Assembly (NCBI GenBank): GCA_038329515.1
Contig: JBBQNA010000002.1
Coordinates: 1 to 56,660, forward strand
Direction of reading: 5' to 3'
DNA from: Candidatus Limnocylindrales bacterium
GTDB lineage: Bacteria; Chloroflexota; Limnocylindria; Limnocylindrales; CSP1-4
Length of the DNA: 56,660 nucleotides
The position numbers were made by a program, and so were the translations under genes. Under the pieces are notes generated by a model, which made no database searches, had not been told where the DNA came from, and saw nothing but the letters and a program-made list of their open reading frames with translations. Of this stretch, positions 44,376-53,421 are shown piece after piece; position 1 is the stretch's first letter; every line of letters begins with the position of its first letter.

Positions 44376-45355
44376 CGACCATGAGCGCAGTGGTGCACGA
44401 CCGGTACGGCTCGCCCGAGGTGCTCCGCCTCGAGACCATCGAGCGGCCGGTGCCGAAGGACGACGAGGTCCTCATCCGCGTCCACGCGACCACTGTCAAC
44501 CGAACCGACTGCGGCTTTCGACAGGGCTCGCCCATCATCGTGCGAGCCTTCAGCGGGCTGCGGCGCCCGAAGTTCCGGACCCTCGGCAACGAGCTGGCTG
44601 GGGTCATCGAGGGCGTCGGCAGCGCCGTGACGAAGTTCGCCGTCGGGGAGCGGGTGTTCGGGGTCGACCAGCGCACATTCGGTGCCAACGCCGAGTACGC
44701 CTGCATGCGCCAGGACGATCCCCTGGTCTCGATGCCCGAGACGATGTCGTTCGAAGAAGGCGCCGCCATGAGCGACGGCTTCATCCTGGCCAGCACCTGC
44801 CTTCGGGGCGCCGACCTGGAGCGTGGCCAGCGCATCCTGATCTACGGTGCGGCCGGATCGATCGGCAGTGCGGCGGTCCAGCTGGCCCGGCATATCGGCG
44901 CCCACGTGACCGCCGTCTGCGACACCCGCAACGTGGACCTGGTGCGGTCCCTTGGCGCGGACGTGGTCATCGACCGATTCGAGCAGGACTTCAGCCGCAA
45001 CGGCGAGACGTACGACGTGGTGTTCGATGCCGTCGGCAAGTCGAGCTTCGCGCATTGCCGGCGGTCGATCGTGCCCCGCGGCCGGTACATCACCACGGAC
45101 CTTGGGCGGTTCTGGCACAACCCACCGCTCATCCTGCTGACCGCCATCACCTCGCGCCTCGGCGGACGGCGGGCGCAGCTGCCCATCCCCAGCTATCGCC
45201 AGCAGGACATCCAGCGGCTGCGGGAGATGTTCGAGGCGGGCACCTACCGAGCCATCATCGACCGGCGCTATCCCCTCGCGGATGTCGTGGAAGCGACCCG
45301 GTATGTCGAGGCCGGCCAGAAGACCGGCAACGTCGTCCTCGACGTCAGCGGCTGA
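44372..45355 (+). CDS. zinc-type / medium-chain NAD(P)-dependent dehydrogenase (quinone oxidoreductase-like)
   Basis: ATGA overlap with the Nudix gene stop. ...EVLIRVHATTVNRTD..., ...GNELAGVIEGVGSAV... and the Rossmann ...ILIYGAAGSIGSAAVQLA.... Confidence 0.8.
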   Translation: MTTMSAVVHDRYGSPEVLRLETIERPVPKDDEVLIRVHATTVNRTDCGFRQGSPIIVRAFSGLRRPKFRTLGNELAGVIEGVGSAVTKFAVGERVFGVDQRTFGANAEYACMRQDDPLVSMPETMSFEEGAAMSDGFILASTCLRGADLERGQRILIYGAAGSIGSAAVQLARHIGAHVTAVCDTRNVDLVRSLGADVVIDRFEQDFSRNGETYDVVFDAVGKSSFAHCRRSIVPRGRYITTDLGRFWHNPPLILLTAITSRLGGRRAQLPIPSYRQQDIQRLREMFEAGTYRAIIDRRYPLADVVEATRYVEAGQKTGNVVLDVSG

Positions 45356-45376
45356 CCAGGCTGCGGCGATCGCGCC

Positions 45377-46348
45377 TCAATCCAGCGTGAACGCGCCTCG
45401 GACGCGCGGACGGACCACCAGTGACCGACCAGGCAAGCCGGCAGCTGCCGCCCCGGCCGACATCGCCGCCGCGACGACCTGGGCCAGCTCCGGTCGGTCC
45501 GCGAACGCGATGACCGACGACCCTGCGCCGGACATGCACGCACCCAACGCGCCGGCCTGGCGCGCGGCCGCGATGAGCAGCGGCAGCTCCGGGTAGACCA
45601 CGGCACGATACGGCTCGTGCAGCCGGTCATCCGTGGCCGCGGTCAGCAGGTCCATGCGGCCGGACGCGAAGGCGGCCACGGCGAGCGAGGCCGCGCCGAC
45701 GTTGTGGACAGCATCCCTGAATGGCACCTGTATCGGCAGCGCCGCGCGCATCGCGGAGGTCGAGAGCGGCCGGTCAGGGATGAACAGTGCGGCCAGCAGT
45801 CGGTCGGGTGGCTCGATGCGCACGGACTGCGCGTCCCCGGCGGCATGGCTCACGACCACGAAGCCGCCCAGCAACGCGGCCGACGCGTTGTCGGCATGCC
45901 CTTCCGCCTGACACGCGAGGGTCAGCAGTCGCTGGGGTGTCAGGCCGCCGCCGGCGAGCGCATCGGCGGCCAGCAGTCCTGCCACGGTCGCGGACGCGGA
46001 CGAGCCGAGGCCACGTGACAACGGGATGCGGTTGTGCATCGAGATGCGGAAGTGGATGCCGTCGGGGTCATGACCCAACTCCCTCAGGCCCAGCCGGAGA
46101 GCCTGGGTGCAGCGATCGGATCCTGACGCGTCGAGCGACCCCTCGCCTTCGCCGTCGACCGTGAGCTCCAGTGGACCCGGCCCGTCGAGGGCTTCCACCC
46201 GGATGGTGTTCGACAGGTCCAGCGCCAGGGCCAGACAGTCGAAGCCAGCTCCAAGGTTGGCCGTGGTGGCAGGTGACTCCACGGTCACCACGGTCCGGGC
46301 CAGTCGCGCGACCGAGGACGACCCGCTCACGAGTGGCGACACGCTCAC
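45377..46348 (-). CDS. thrB: homoserine kinase
   Basis: ...PATTANLGAGFDCLALAL..., and the GHMP motif ...PLSRGLGSSASA.... A GTG start lies in a GTGA overlap with the thrC stop. Confidence 0.9.
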   Translation of the reverse strand: MSVSPLVSGSSSVARLARTVVTVESPATTANLGAGFDCLALALDLSNTIRVEALDGPGPLELTVDGEGEGSLDASGSDRCTQALRLGLRELGHDPDGIHFRISMHNRIPLSRGLGSSASATVAGLLAADALAGGGLTPQRLLTLACQAEGHADNASAALLGGFVVVSHAAGDAQSVRIEPPDRLLAALFIPDRPLSTSAMRAALPIQVPFRDAVHNVGAASLAVAAFASGRMDLLTAATDDRLHEPYRAVVYPELPLLIAAARQAGALGACMSGAGSSVIAFADRPELAQVVAAAMSAGAAAAGLPGRSLVVRPRVRGAFTLD

Positions 46349-47460
46349 CAGCCCAGCACTGCGCGGACGCCCGCCACATCGGCTGGTGCCTGGAGGGGTG
46401 CCTCCCCGAGCCGCTGGGCGGTGTCCGGGTCCTTGAGGCCGTGCCCCGTGAGCACACAGACGATGGTCGCGCCGGGGTCGATGGCACCCGCTGCAGCGAG
46501 CATGCGCAGGCCAGCGACCGACGCGGCACTCGCCGGCTCGCAGAAGATGCCCTCCATCCGGGCAAGGTCGGCATACGCGGCGAGGATCTGCTCATCGGTC
46601 ACGGACTCGATGCGGCCGCCCGACTCGTCCCGTGCCCGGAGCGCCTTGTCGCCACTCGCCGGATCACCGATCCGGATGGCCGTCGCGATGGTCTCCGGCC
46701 GCCGCACCGTATGGCCCAGCACGAGGGGAGCGGCGCCTGCTGCCTGGAAGCCCAGCATCACGGGCGCGGTGTCCACGAGGCCCGCGGTCCGGTAGTCGGT
46801 GAAACCCATCCAGTAGGCGCTGATGTTGCCGGCATTGCCGACCGGGATGGCGAGGTAGTCGGGGGCGCCACCCAGGTCCTCGCAGATCTCGAACGCCGCC
46901 GTCTTCTGGCCCTGCAGCCGATATGGATTGACGGAGTTGACGAGGGTCACGGGGTGATCCGGGTCAGGCACCTCCGTCAGCTGCCGGACGACGGCGAGTG
47001 CCTCGTCGAAGCCACCCTCGATGGCCAGCACCCGGGCACCCGCGACCTGCGCCTGGAGCAGCTTGCCGGCGGCGATCTTGCCCTGCGGCAGGACCACGAC
47101 CACTTCCAGGCCAGCGGCCGCGCCATAGGCGGCGGCAGATGCGGAGGTGTTGCCGGTCGAGGCGCAGATGATGGCCCGGGCGCCGTCCTCGAGTGCCTTG
47201 GCGACCGCCATGACCATGCCCCGGTCCTTGAAGGAGCCCGTGGGGTTGCTGCCCTCGAGCTTCAGGTACAGGTTGGGACAACCCATCTGGCGTCCCAGGT
47301 TGCGGGCATGGACGAGCGGCGTGGCGCCCTCCCCCAACGACAGCGAGGGCGTCGACGAGGTGACCGGCAGGAACGGCGCGAACCGCTGCATGAGTCGGGG
47401 ACGGGGGCCCACGGTGGCCTCCTCCGCCCGCAGTCGATGGAGCACCTGGCTCATGCGCAC
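46345..47460 (-). CDS. thrC: threonine synthase
   Basis: ...SLGEGATPLV...LKLEGSNPTGSFKDRGM... (PLP lysine) and ...ASTGNTSAS.... Confidence 0.92.
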   Translation of the reverse strand: MRMSQVLHRLRAEEATVGPRPRLMQRFAPFLPVTSSTPSLSLGEGATPLVHARNLGRQMGCPNLYLKLEGSNPTGSFKDRGMVMAVAKALEDGARAIICASTGNTSASAAAYGAAAGLEVVVVLPQGKIAAGKLLQAQVAGARVLAIEGGFDEALAVVRQLTEVPDPDHPVTLVNSVNPYRLQGQKTAAFEICEDLGGAPDYLAIPVGNAGNISAYWMGFTDYRTAGLVDTAPVMLGFQAAGAAPLVLGHTVRRPETIATAIRIGDPASGDKALRARDESGGRIESVTDEQILAAYADLARMEGIFCEPASAASVAGLRMLAAAGAIDPGATIVCVLTGHGLKDPDTAQRLGEAPLQAPADVAGVRAVLGW

Positions 47461-47465
47461 CTTGT

Positions 47466-48764
47466 TCAGGCCTCCGAGAGTACGGGGTAGATGGTGGCGT
47501 CGATGTCCAGGCCGGCCAGCCGGGCACGGATGGACCCGAGCGTCATGGAGCGCACGACGAAGGCCTCCATGTCCTGGGCGAGGACCACCTCGGCGATGCT
47601 TTGCGGCAGGTTGCCGAGCATCAGCTCGGGAGCCACGAAGTACCAGCCGCCCTCACCGGCCAGGTCATCCACGACCGGGACCGGGCCATGTGCGGCCGGC
47701 AGCGACTCCCAGGTCGAGCCGCTGCCGCGTGCGATGGCCAGCAGGTCACCGAGCACCGAGCTCGACGTCGCCGCCCCCCCCGCGCCGGGACCCCGGAAGG
47801 CGACCCGACCGACCGGGTCACCGATGATCTCGATGAGGTTCAGGACACCGTCCGTGGAGCCCAGGGAGGACGTCGCCCGGACGGCCATCGGGCTGACAGC
47901 GGCACGCACTGAGCCGCCCTGATCGCGCTCCGCGCGCGCCACGAGCTTGATGGTCATGCCCAGGCGCGCAGCACCACCCAGGTCCGCCGTGGTCACGCCC
48001 GTGATACCGGGTGCTCCGTCGCCACGCGTCCGTGGCGCGGCACGCCGCAGCGCCGCGGGGTCGGTCCAGATCCCGAAGGCGAGCCGGGTGAGCAGGGTCA
48101 GCTTGTGCACTGCGTCGTGGCCATCCACATCGCCCGACGGATCGGCCTCCGCGTAGCCGCGTGCCTGTGCCTCGGCGAGGACATCGGCATACGTCCGGGC
48201 ATCCCGCGCCATGGCGCTCAGGATGTGGTTGGTGGTGCCGTTCACGATGCCCCGCACAGCGTGCATCCGGTTGGCAGCCAGGTCCGTGGACAGCGGCCCA
48301 AGGATGGGGATGCCGCCCGCCACGGCCGCCTCGAAGCGCAGCGTGACCCCGGCCTCGCGCGCCGCCGCCTCGATGGCCGGGCCCTGGGTCGCGAGCAGTG
48401 CCTTGTTGCCCGTCACGACATGCTTGCCGGCCGCGATGGCCGCCAGCACGACGTCAGCCGCGTCCCTGGTGCCACCGATGAGCTCCACGACCACATCGAT
48501 CTCCGGGTCGTGCACCAGCGCCAGGAGGCCGTCCGTGACGCGCACGTCATCGGGCAGGGTCAGGCCGCGCTGTCGGGCGGGGTCCCGCACGCCCACCGCC
48601 CGCAGCTCGGGGGCGTACTGGCCGCGCGCCTCGACGTCGGCGCGCCACGCCGGGTCGACCAGCTTCGAGGCGACCGGGCGGGCGACGCTGCCAAGGCCCA
48701 GCAGGGCGACGCGCAACGGCGAACGGGGGGTGACAGGGGGATGCATCACGAGCGATCGTACCAA
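47466..48764 (-). CDS. hom: homoserine dehydrogenase
   Basis: ...RVALLGLGSVARPV..., ...GIVNGTTNHILSAM...YAEADPSGDVDGHD..., and a C-terminal ACT-like domain. Confidence 0.9.
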   Translation of the reverse strand: MVRSLVMHPPVTPRSPLRVALLGLGSVARPVASKLVDPAWRADVEARGQYAPELRAVGVRDPARQRGLTLPDDVRVTDGLLALVHDPEIDVVVELIGGTRDAADVVLAAIAAGKHVVTGNKALLATQGPAIEAAAREAGVTLRFEAAVAGGIPILGPLSTDLAANRMHAVRGIVNGTTNHILSAMARDARTYADVLAEAQARGYAEADPSGDVDGHDAVHKLTLLTRLAFGIWTDPAALRRAAPRTRGDGAPGITGVTTADLGGAARLGMTIKLVARAERDQGGSVRAAVSPMAVRATSSLGSTDGVLNLIEIIGDPVGRVAFRGPGAGGAATSSSVLGDLLAIARGSGSTWESLPAAHGPVPVVDDLAGEGGWYFVAPELMLGNLPQSIAEVVLAQDMEAFVVRSMTLGSIRARLAGLDIDATIYPVLSEA

Positions 48765-48818
48765 GCCTCGGCGGTCGGCCGCCGGTTCGCGCTAGACTCG
48801 GCCGCCGTGGAACCCAGC

Positions 48819-49847
48819 ATGACCCTGCCGACGACCGTCACTCCCCTGCTGCGCGATCCGTCGCCGCGCGCCCGTGTGTTCAGCGGCGTGCAGCCGTCGG
48901 GCCTGCCGCACGTGGGCAACTGGCTGGGCGCATTCCGCAACTACATCGCGATGCAGGACACCCACGATGCCATCTACTGCATCGTGGACTACCACGCCCT
49001 GACGTCAACACATGACGGCGACGCGATCCGGCGCAACACCCACGAGATGGCCCTGGGCCTGCTGGCGCTGGGCCTGGACCCGGAGCAGTCGGTCCTGTTC
49101 CGCCAGTCGGACCGGCCCGAGCACCTGGAGCTGATGTGGCTCCTGGCCTCGGTCACGCCCGTCTCGTGGGTCGAACGGACACCGTCCTTCAAGGACAAGA
49201 AGCGCTCCCAGCCGGGAGACGTGAATCACGCGCTGCTGACCTATCCCGTGCTGCAGGCGGCGGACATCGCCATCTACAACGCCCGATTCGTGCCCGTGGG
49301 CAAGGACCAGGCAGCGCACCTGGAGCTGGCGCGCGAGATCATCCGGGCGTTCAACGCGGTCTATGGCGACATCTTCGTCGAGGCGGAGGCGGTGTTCACC
49401 GACTCACCCATCGTCCGGGGGACGGATGGGGGCGGCAAGATGTCCAAGTCCATGGGCAACACCATCGACATCTTCGCGGATGAGGCCACCATCCGGAAGC
49501 AGGTCATGGGCATGGTCACCGACACGGAACGACTTCGGCGGACCGATCCAGGTCGGCCCGAGGTGTGCAACGTGTGTCAGCTCCATCGCCAGTTCAGCCC
49601 ACACGACTACGAGCAGATCTGGGAGGGCGAGCGCACGGCAGCCACTGGGTGCGTGGACACGAAGCGGCTGCTGGCTGACCGGATGCTCGCCTCGTTCGAG
49701 GAGGCTCGGGAGCGCCGCCGCGAGCTGGAGGCGCGCCCTGGCTACGTGGAAGAGGTGCTGCGCGCGGGTGCCGATCGACTGGCGCCCCTGGCCGCGGAGA
49801 CGATGCGTATCTGTCACGACGTCATGGGGCTCGGACCGCGCCGGTAG
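48819..49847 (+). CDS. trpS: tryptophan--tRNA ligase
   Basis: Trimmed to the ATG at 48819. The long N-terminal part of ORF 48105.. is antisense to hom. ...GVQPSGLPHVGNWLG... (HIGH-type motif), ...QAADI..., ...KMSKS.... Confidence 0.92.
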   Translation: MTLPTTVTPLLRDPSPRARVFSGVQPSGLPHVGNWLGAFRNYIAMQDTHDAIYCIVDYHALTSTHDGDAIRRNTHEMALGLLALGLDPEQSVLFRQSDRPEHLELMWLLASVTPVSWVERTPSFKDKKRSQPGDVNHALLTYPVLQAADIAIYNARFVPVGKDQAAHLELAREIIRAFNAVYGDIFVEAEAVFTDSPIVRGTDGGGKMSKSMGNTIDIFADEATIRKQVMGMVTDTERLRRTDPGRPEVCNVCQLHRQFSPHDYEQIWEGERTAATGCVDTKRLLADRMLASFEEARERRRELEARPGYVEEVLRAGADRLAPLAAETMRICHDVMGLGPRR

Positions 49848-49927
49848 GTCTTTGGGCCGCGCTGGTCTTTCGGCCGCGCTGGGTGCGGGCGGCCTGGTCT
49901 TTCGGCCGCGCCGGGTGCGGGCGGCCT
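49847..49927. repeat. 32-bp tandem repeat (about 2.5 copies) starting at the trpS stop codon
   Basis: ggtctttgggccgcgct, then ggtctttcggccgcgc(t/c)gggtgcgggcggcct at 49864 and 49896. The last unit ends ...ggcggccTAG, echoing the trpS end ...gcgccggTAG. Confidence 0.88.
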
Positions 49928-50229
49928 AGCGTGTCCCACCCCCGGGATGTAGCGACGGGTGTCGGTCATCCTGCCTGTGTCGACGGGCGCCTCGGAGGTG
50001 ACCGGCCAGCAGTGCCTCGGGATTCCCGCCCGGTGAGCGTTACGACGACCGAGTCACCCGATTCGCGATGCCGGGCATCGGGATTCCCGCCACATGAGCA
50101 GAACGCGGCTGCATTGCCCGATCGGGTTCATGGGCGGGCGTTTGGGCGGGTTCCGCCGGTCGCAGTGACCACCCCGTGGGAATCGCAGACCTATCGCGAG
50201 AGCCCCGCGACCAAGCGACACGCGCAGGA

Positions 50230-50399
50230 TCAGGGAACGACTTTGTCGTGCCTACCCAAGTCCCGTAGTGGGTGTGGATCTGGCCACACTGGATGGCGGG
50301 AGTGCCGGCGTCCGTAAGGTCGGACTTCTGTAGCCGGTTGCCTCGGATGCACTCCCCGACCTCTCCGAGCGCCTGGAACGGCCACCTGTCGGACAGGAC
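50230..50399 (-). pseudogene. hsdS: type I restriction specificity subunit (HsdS) N-terminal fragment
   Basis: The minus frame reads VLSDRWPFQALGEVGECIRGNRLQKSDLTDAGTPAIQCGQIHTHYGTWVGTTKSF, the typical start of the first HsdS target-recognition domain. No continuation follows. Confidence 0.55.
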
Positions 50400-50422
50400 T
50401 CCGCAATCAGGTCCTCGATGCG

Positions 50423-50767
50423 GCTCACGGCGCCCTTGTCGATCTCACGCGGTGCGCGCTTGAGTGACACCAGGTACGCACTCTCAACCTCGGACGGCGC
50501 GACGCCGAACTGCTCCCGGTACCTGCCGTGCTCCGCCTCGGCCTTGCTCACCGCCTGGCTGTGGCTGACCGATCCGGGTCGGGTGAGCAGCGGGGCGTCC
50601 ATCGCGCCCATGAGCCTGCCCAGCGTCCGAGCCAATCCTTCATGTAGGTGGGCTGCCGACTCTGTGCGCGGAACTCAGCCGCGTCGAGATAGGTCGAGAT
50701 AGTCCGCGACGATCGTGGTGAGCTTCGCCAGATCGGGCTCATCGAGGTAACTCCTGGCGATGGAAAC
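50423..50767 (-). pseudogene. rhuM: RhuM-family protein C-terminal fragment (two frameshifts)
   Basis: [20 protein letters not shown], then [20 protein letters not shown], then [51 protein letters not shown]. These lie in three successive frames and match the RhuM C-terminal half. Confidence 0.55.
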
Positions 50768-50790
50768 TTCGGACGTGCGGGGGCACCGCG

Positions 50791-51007
50791 CTGTCCTTCC
50801 TGGACGTTCTTGAGCACGATGATGCACGTCGCGATGGTGGTGCCGAGGCAGAGGTCGGGCGGCAGCTGGATGACCGTCTCGCCGTAGTCGTTGTCGATCA
50901 AGTACTTGCGGATCTTCTGCTCGGCACCGCTGCGGGTAGAGCACGCCCAGGAAGTCGACGATGGCGGCGGTGCTGTTGACCGCGAGCCGCGAGAGCGTGT
51001 GCATCAT
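50791..51007 (-). pseudogene. hsdM: type I R-M N6-adenine methylase (HsdM) C-terminal fragment (frameshifted, truncated at both ends)
   Basis: [24 protein letters not shown], then a frame change into [46 protein letters not shown]. This is the classic HsdM ...GVLfrggaE.kIRk.Li....l.aVI.LP..lF..T.I...I.vl.K motif block. No NPPF or SAM motifs lie upstream. Confidence 0.6.
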
Positions 51008-51170
51008 CCCGTCGCGTGGCCATCACGTCCTTGGCCGGTCGATCGACTGCCGCGGCCGGGAGCGCTGGTTCGGCCCGGGAATCACCCGGCGGGCACCGCC
51101 CTTCGTCCCCGTCGGTCGCGGACCACCGGGTCATGGCAAGGACGTGGGGAGGGGGCGCTAGACTGCGCGC

Positions 51171-52505
51171 ATGCTCAGCCGGCTGATCCAGTCCGAGGGG
51201 CGCTGGATCCACGCGCTGCTGGTGCTCAGCACCATCACCGTGGCGCTCGTGCTCACCGGGCTGCTCTCCAACATCGTGGTGTTCTTCAGCGACATCCTGC
51301 TCATCCTCGTGATGGCCTGGCTGTTCGCGTTCATCCTGTCGCCCCTGGCCAGCTGGATCGAACGCCACATGCCCGTGTTGCCGCGAGTCGCGGTGGTCGC
51401 GGGCATCTACGGCCTGTTGTTCGTGGCGCTCGCGGGGATCATCGTGACCGTGTCGGTCGCCGTCGCGAGTTCGTTCCAGCAACTGCTGGCAGAGCTGCCG
51501 ACCATCCAGGCCAACCTGCCCGAGACACTCAAGGATTGGCAGGCACGTTTGGACGGCATCGGCCTTGGCGACGTCAAGCTCGCCGAGGCCTTCAACCAGG
51601 CGATCGTGGGCTTCCAGGCCCTGTCCGGGGACCTGGTCGGGCCGGCGGCCGATCTCGCGCTGGCCAGCCTGGGCATGATCGGCAACCTGTTGATGGTCGT
51701 CTTCCTGTCGGTGTTCATCCTCATCGACAAGGACCAGATCATGGCCTTCTTCCTGCGCCTTGCCCCACCCCGATACGCGGGTGAGGTCCGGCTGCTCCAG
51801 ACGAGCGTCTCGTCATCGTTCGGCGGCTTCATCCGTGGTCAGGCCATCCAGGGCGTCGCCCTGGGCCTGGTGGCGGCGGTCGGTGGCTTCGTCCTGGACA
51901 TCCCCTACTGGCAGGTGACGGCGGTCATCGTGGGGATCCTCCAGGTGATCCCGTTCTTTGGCCCCTTCGCGTCGTGGGCACCACCGGTCGTGGTGGCCGG
52001 CCTCACCGGCGGCGCGGTGCTGCCCATCCTGGTCGTGATGGTCGCTGGCTGGTTCGTGGTCATGAACATCATCCAGCCGCGCGTGATGGCCAACTCGGTC
52101 GGCATCCACCCCGTGGTAGTGCTGGTGTCGGTACTCATCGGGCTCAAGCTCCAGGGGGTCGCGGGCGCCATCTTCGCGGTGCCGGTCGCCGCGGTCATCT
52201 CGGCGTTCTTCTTCTTCTACCTCGAGCGCTCCCCCGACGGCGGCCCACGGGACGTGGCGAGTCGAGCGGCGAGACGAGTCGAGGCTCGTGAGGGCCGCAC
52301 GGTGCGGGTGCCCACGGCGCCCAGCGTGGTGCCCGGCAGCCAGGGGGATGCGGCCAGCATGAGCGTCAGCGGAAGTGGGGCCGCAGCGGTGGCGCCGACG
52401 ACGGCCCGAGGTGGCCTTGCTGGCGCGGCTGCGCGCTTCGTACGCAGAGGTGGCACGTCCGACACATCCCTGCCCACCACACCCTCGGACGAGACGCCCG
52501 CTTAG
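51171..52505 (+). CDS. AI-2E family (PerM/UPF0118) transporter
   Basis: 444 aa, polytopic. ...FGGFIRGQAIQGVALGLV...IPYWQVTAVIVGILQVIPFFGPF.... Confidence 0.82.
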   Translation: MLSRLIQSEGRWIHALLVLSTITVALVLTGLLSNIVVFFSDILLILVMAWLFAFILSPLASWIERHMPVLPRVAVVAGIYGLLFVALAGIIVTVSVAVASSFQQLLAELPTIQANLPETLKDWQARLDGIGLGDVKLAEAFNQAIVGFQALSGDLVGPAADLALASLGMIGNLLMVVFLSVFILIDKDQIMAFFLRLAPPRYAGEVRLLQTSVSSSFGGFIRGQAIQGVALGLVAAVGGFVLDIPYWQVTAVIVGILQVIPFFGPFASWAPPVVVAGLTGGAVLPILVVMVAGWFVVMNIIQPRVMANSVGIHPVVVLVSVLIGLKLQGVAGAIFAVPVAAVISAFFFFYLERSPDGGPRDVASRAARRVEAREGRTVRVPTAPSVVPGSQGDAASMSVSGSGAAAVAPTTARGGLAGAAARFVRRGGTSDTSLPTTPSDETPA

Positions 52506-52531
52506 CCAGGGTCACACGCGGAGGGCGGAGG

Positions 52532-53419
52532 CTACGGCCGCTGCTGCATCACCGCCAGGTCGCCGTTGGTGGTGTTGGCGCGGATGACCGTCACGGACGA
52601 GATACCGGCAGTGCCCCTGATCCCGGTATCCGAGACCTCCAGCGCCGTGAAGTCGGTCTGGACGCGACCGTTGGAGGTCGCCCCGTCGATGGTGAACGCC
52701 GCATCGCCCGGCAGCGTCAGGGTCAGGTTGGCATTGCTGGTCGTGAGGGTGTTGCTACCGGGTGCCAGCGAGCCACTGAACGTGAGCGTGGCATTGGACG
52801 TCTCGGCGCTCACCCGCGTCTCCTTGGCGGCCACGATATCCAGCGTGCCATTGCTGGTGCGCACCCGCAGGTCGCCCGTGGCGAGCGTGACCGACACCGG
52901 GCCGTTGGACGTATCCAGATCCAGGTCCCGGCCGCCCCGGGTGGTGATGGCGCCGTTCGAGGCACGCGCCAGGATGCTGCCCGCGGTATTGGCGGCCTCG
53001 ATGCGGCCATTGGAAGTGCGCAGCTGCAGACTCGACTGGGGAGGCACGGAGATCTCGATGTCCGCACCGCTGTCGCCCAGGGACACCGGCCGATCGGCAC
53101 GCCGGGCGCTGATGGTGACCCGGTCCGCATCGGATGTGACGGTCACCACGACCTGCTGCAGGTCACGTTCCGCCTCCTGCTGGTCGCTGCCGGAGCCGCG
53201 GCTGGTGACCCGCACCTCGATGTCGTGCTCGCCGCCCGCGGTCACCGTGATGCGGCCGTTGAAGGTATCCACGACGACCACCGGTGCGAGGCCCACGGGG
53301 ACCGTCTGGCGTTCCTCGCGCTGGGCGTACACGGTGCCGGTGACCGTGCAGCCGGCCAGCGCCAGACCCGCCACGATGATGGTGAGGGCCAGCAGGGCCA
53401 GATGCCGGACCGGGCTCAC
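52532..53419 (-). CDS. DUF4097-type beta-helical repeat lipoprotein (putative adhesin fold)
   Basis: GTG start at 53419, 2 nt after the upstream stop. Lipobox ...GLALAGC. Many ...TSNG.I/L... repeat rungs. Confidence 0.72.
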   Translation of the reverse strand: MSPVRHLALLALTIIVAGLALAGCTVTGTVYAQREERQTVPVGLAPVVVVDTFNGRITVTAGGEHDIEVRVTSRGSGSDQQEAERDLQQVVVTVTSDADRVTISARRADRPVSLGDSGADIEISVPPQSSLQLRTSNGRIEAANTAGSILARASNGAITTRGGRDLDLDTSNGPVSVTLATGDLRVRTSNGTLDIVAAKETRVSAETSNATLTFSGSLAPGSNTLTTSNANLTLTLPGDAAFTIDGATSNGRVQTDFTALEVSDTGIRGTAGISSVTVIRANTTNGDLAVMQQRP

Positions 53420-53421
53420 GA

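Noticed and set aside
48765-48818. A T-box or other leader upstream of trpS. I also looked for riboswitches upstream of moaA (Moco), lysC (lysine) and thrC.
   Set aside because: The trpS-hom divergent spacer is only ~54 nt. The moaA upstream region is coding (DUF4383). The lysC leader is under 80 nt. None has room for, or the conserved cores of, the corresponding RNA elements.
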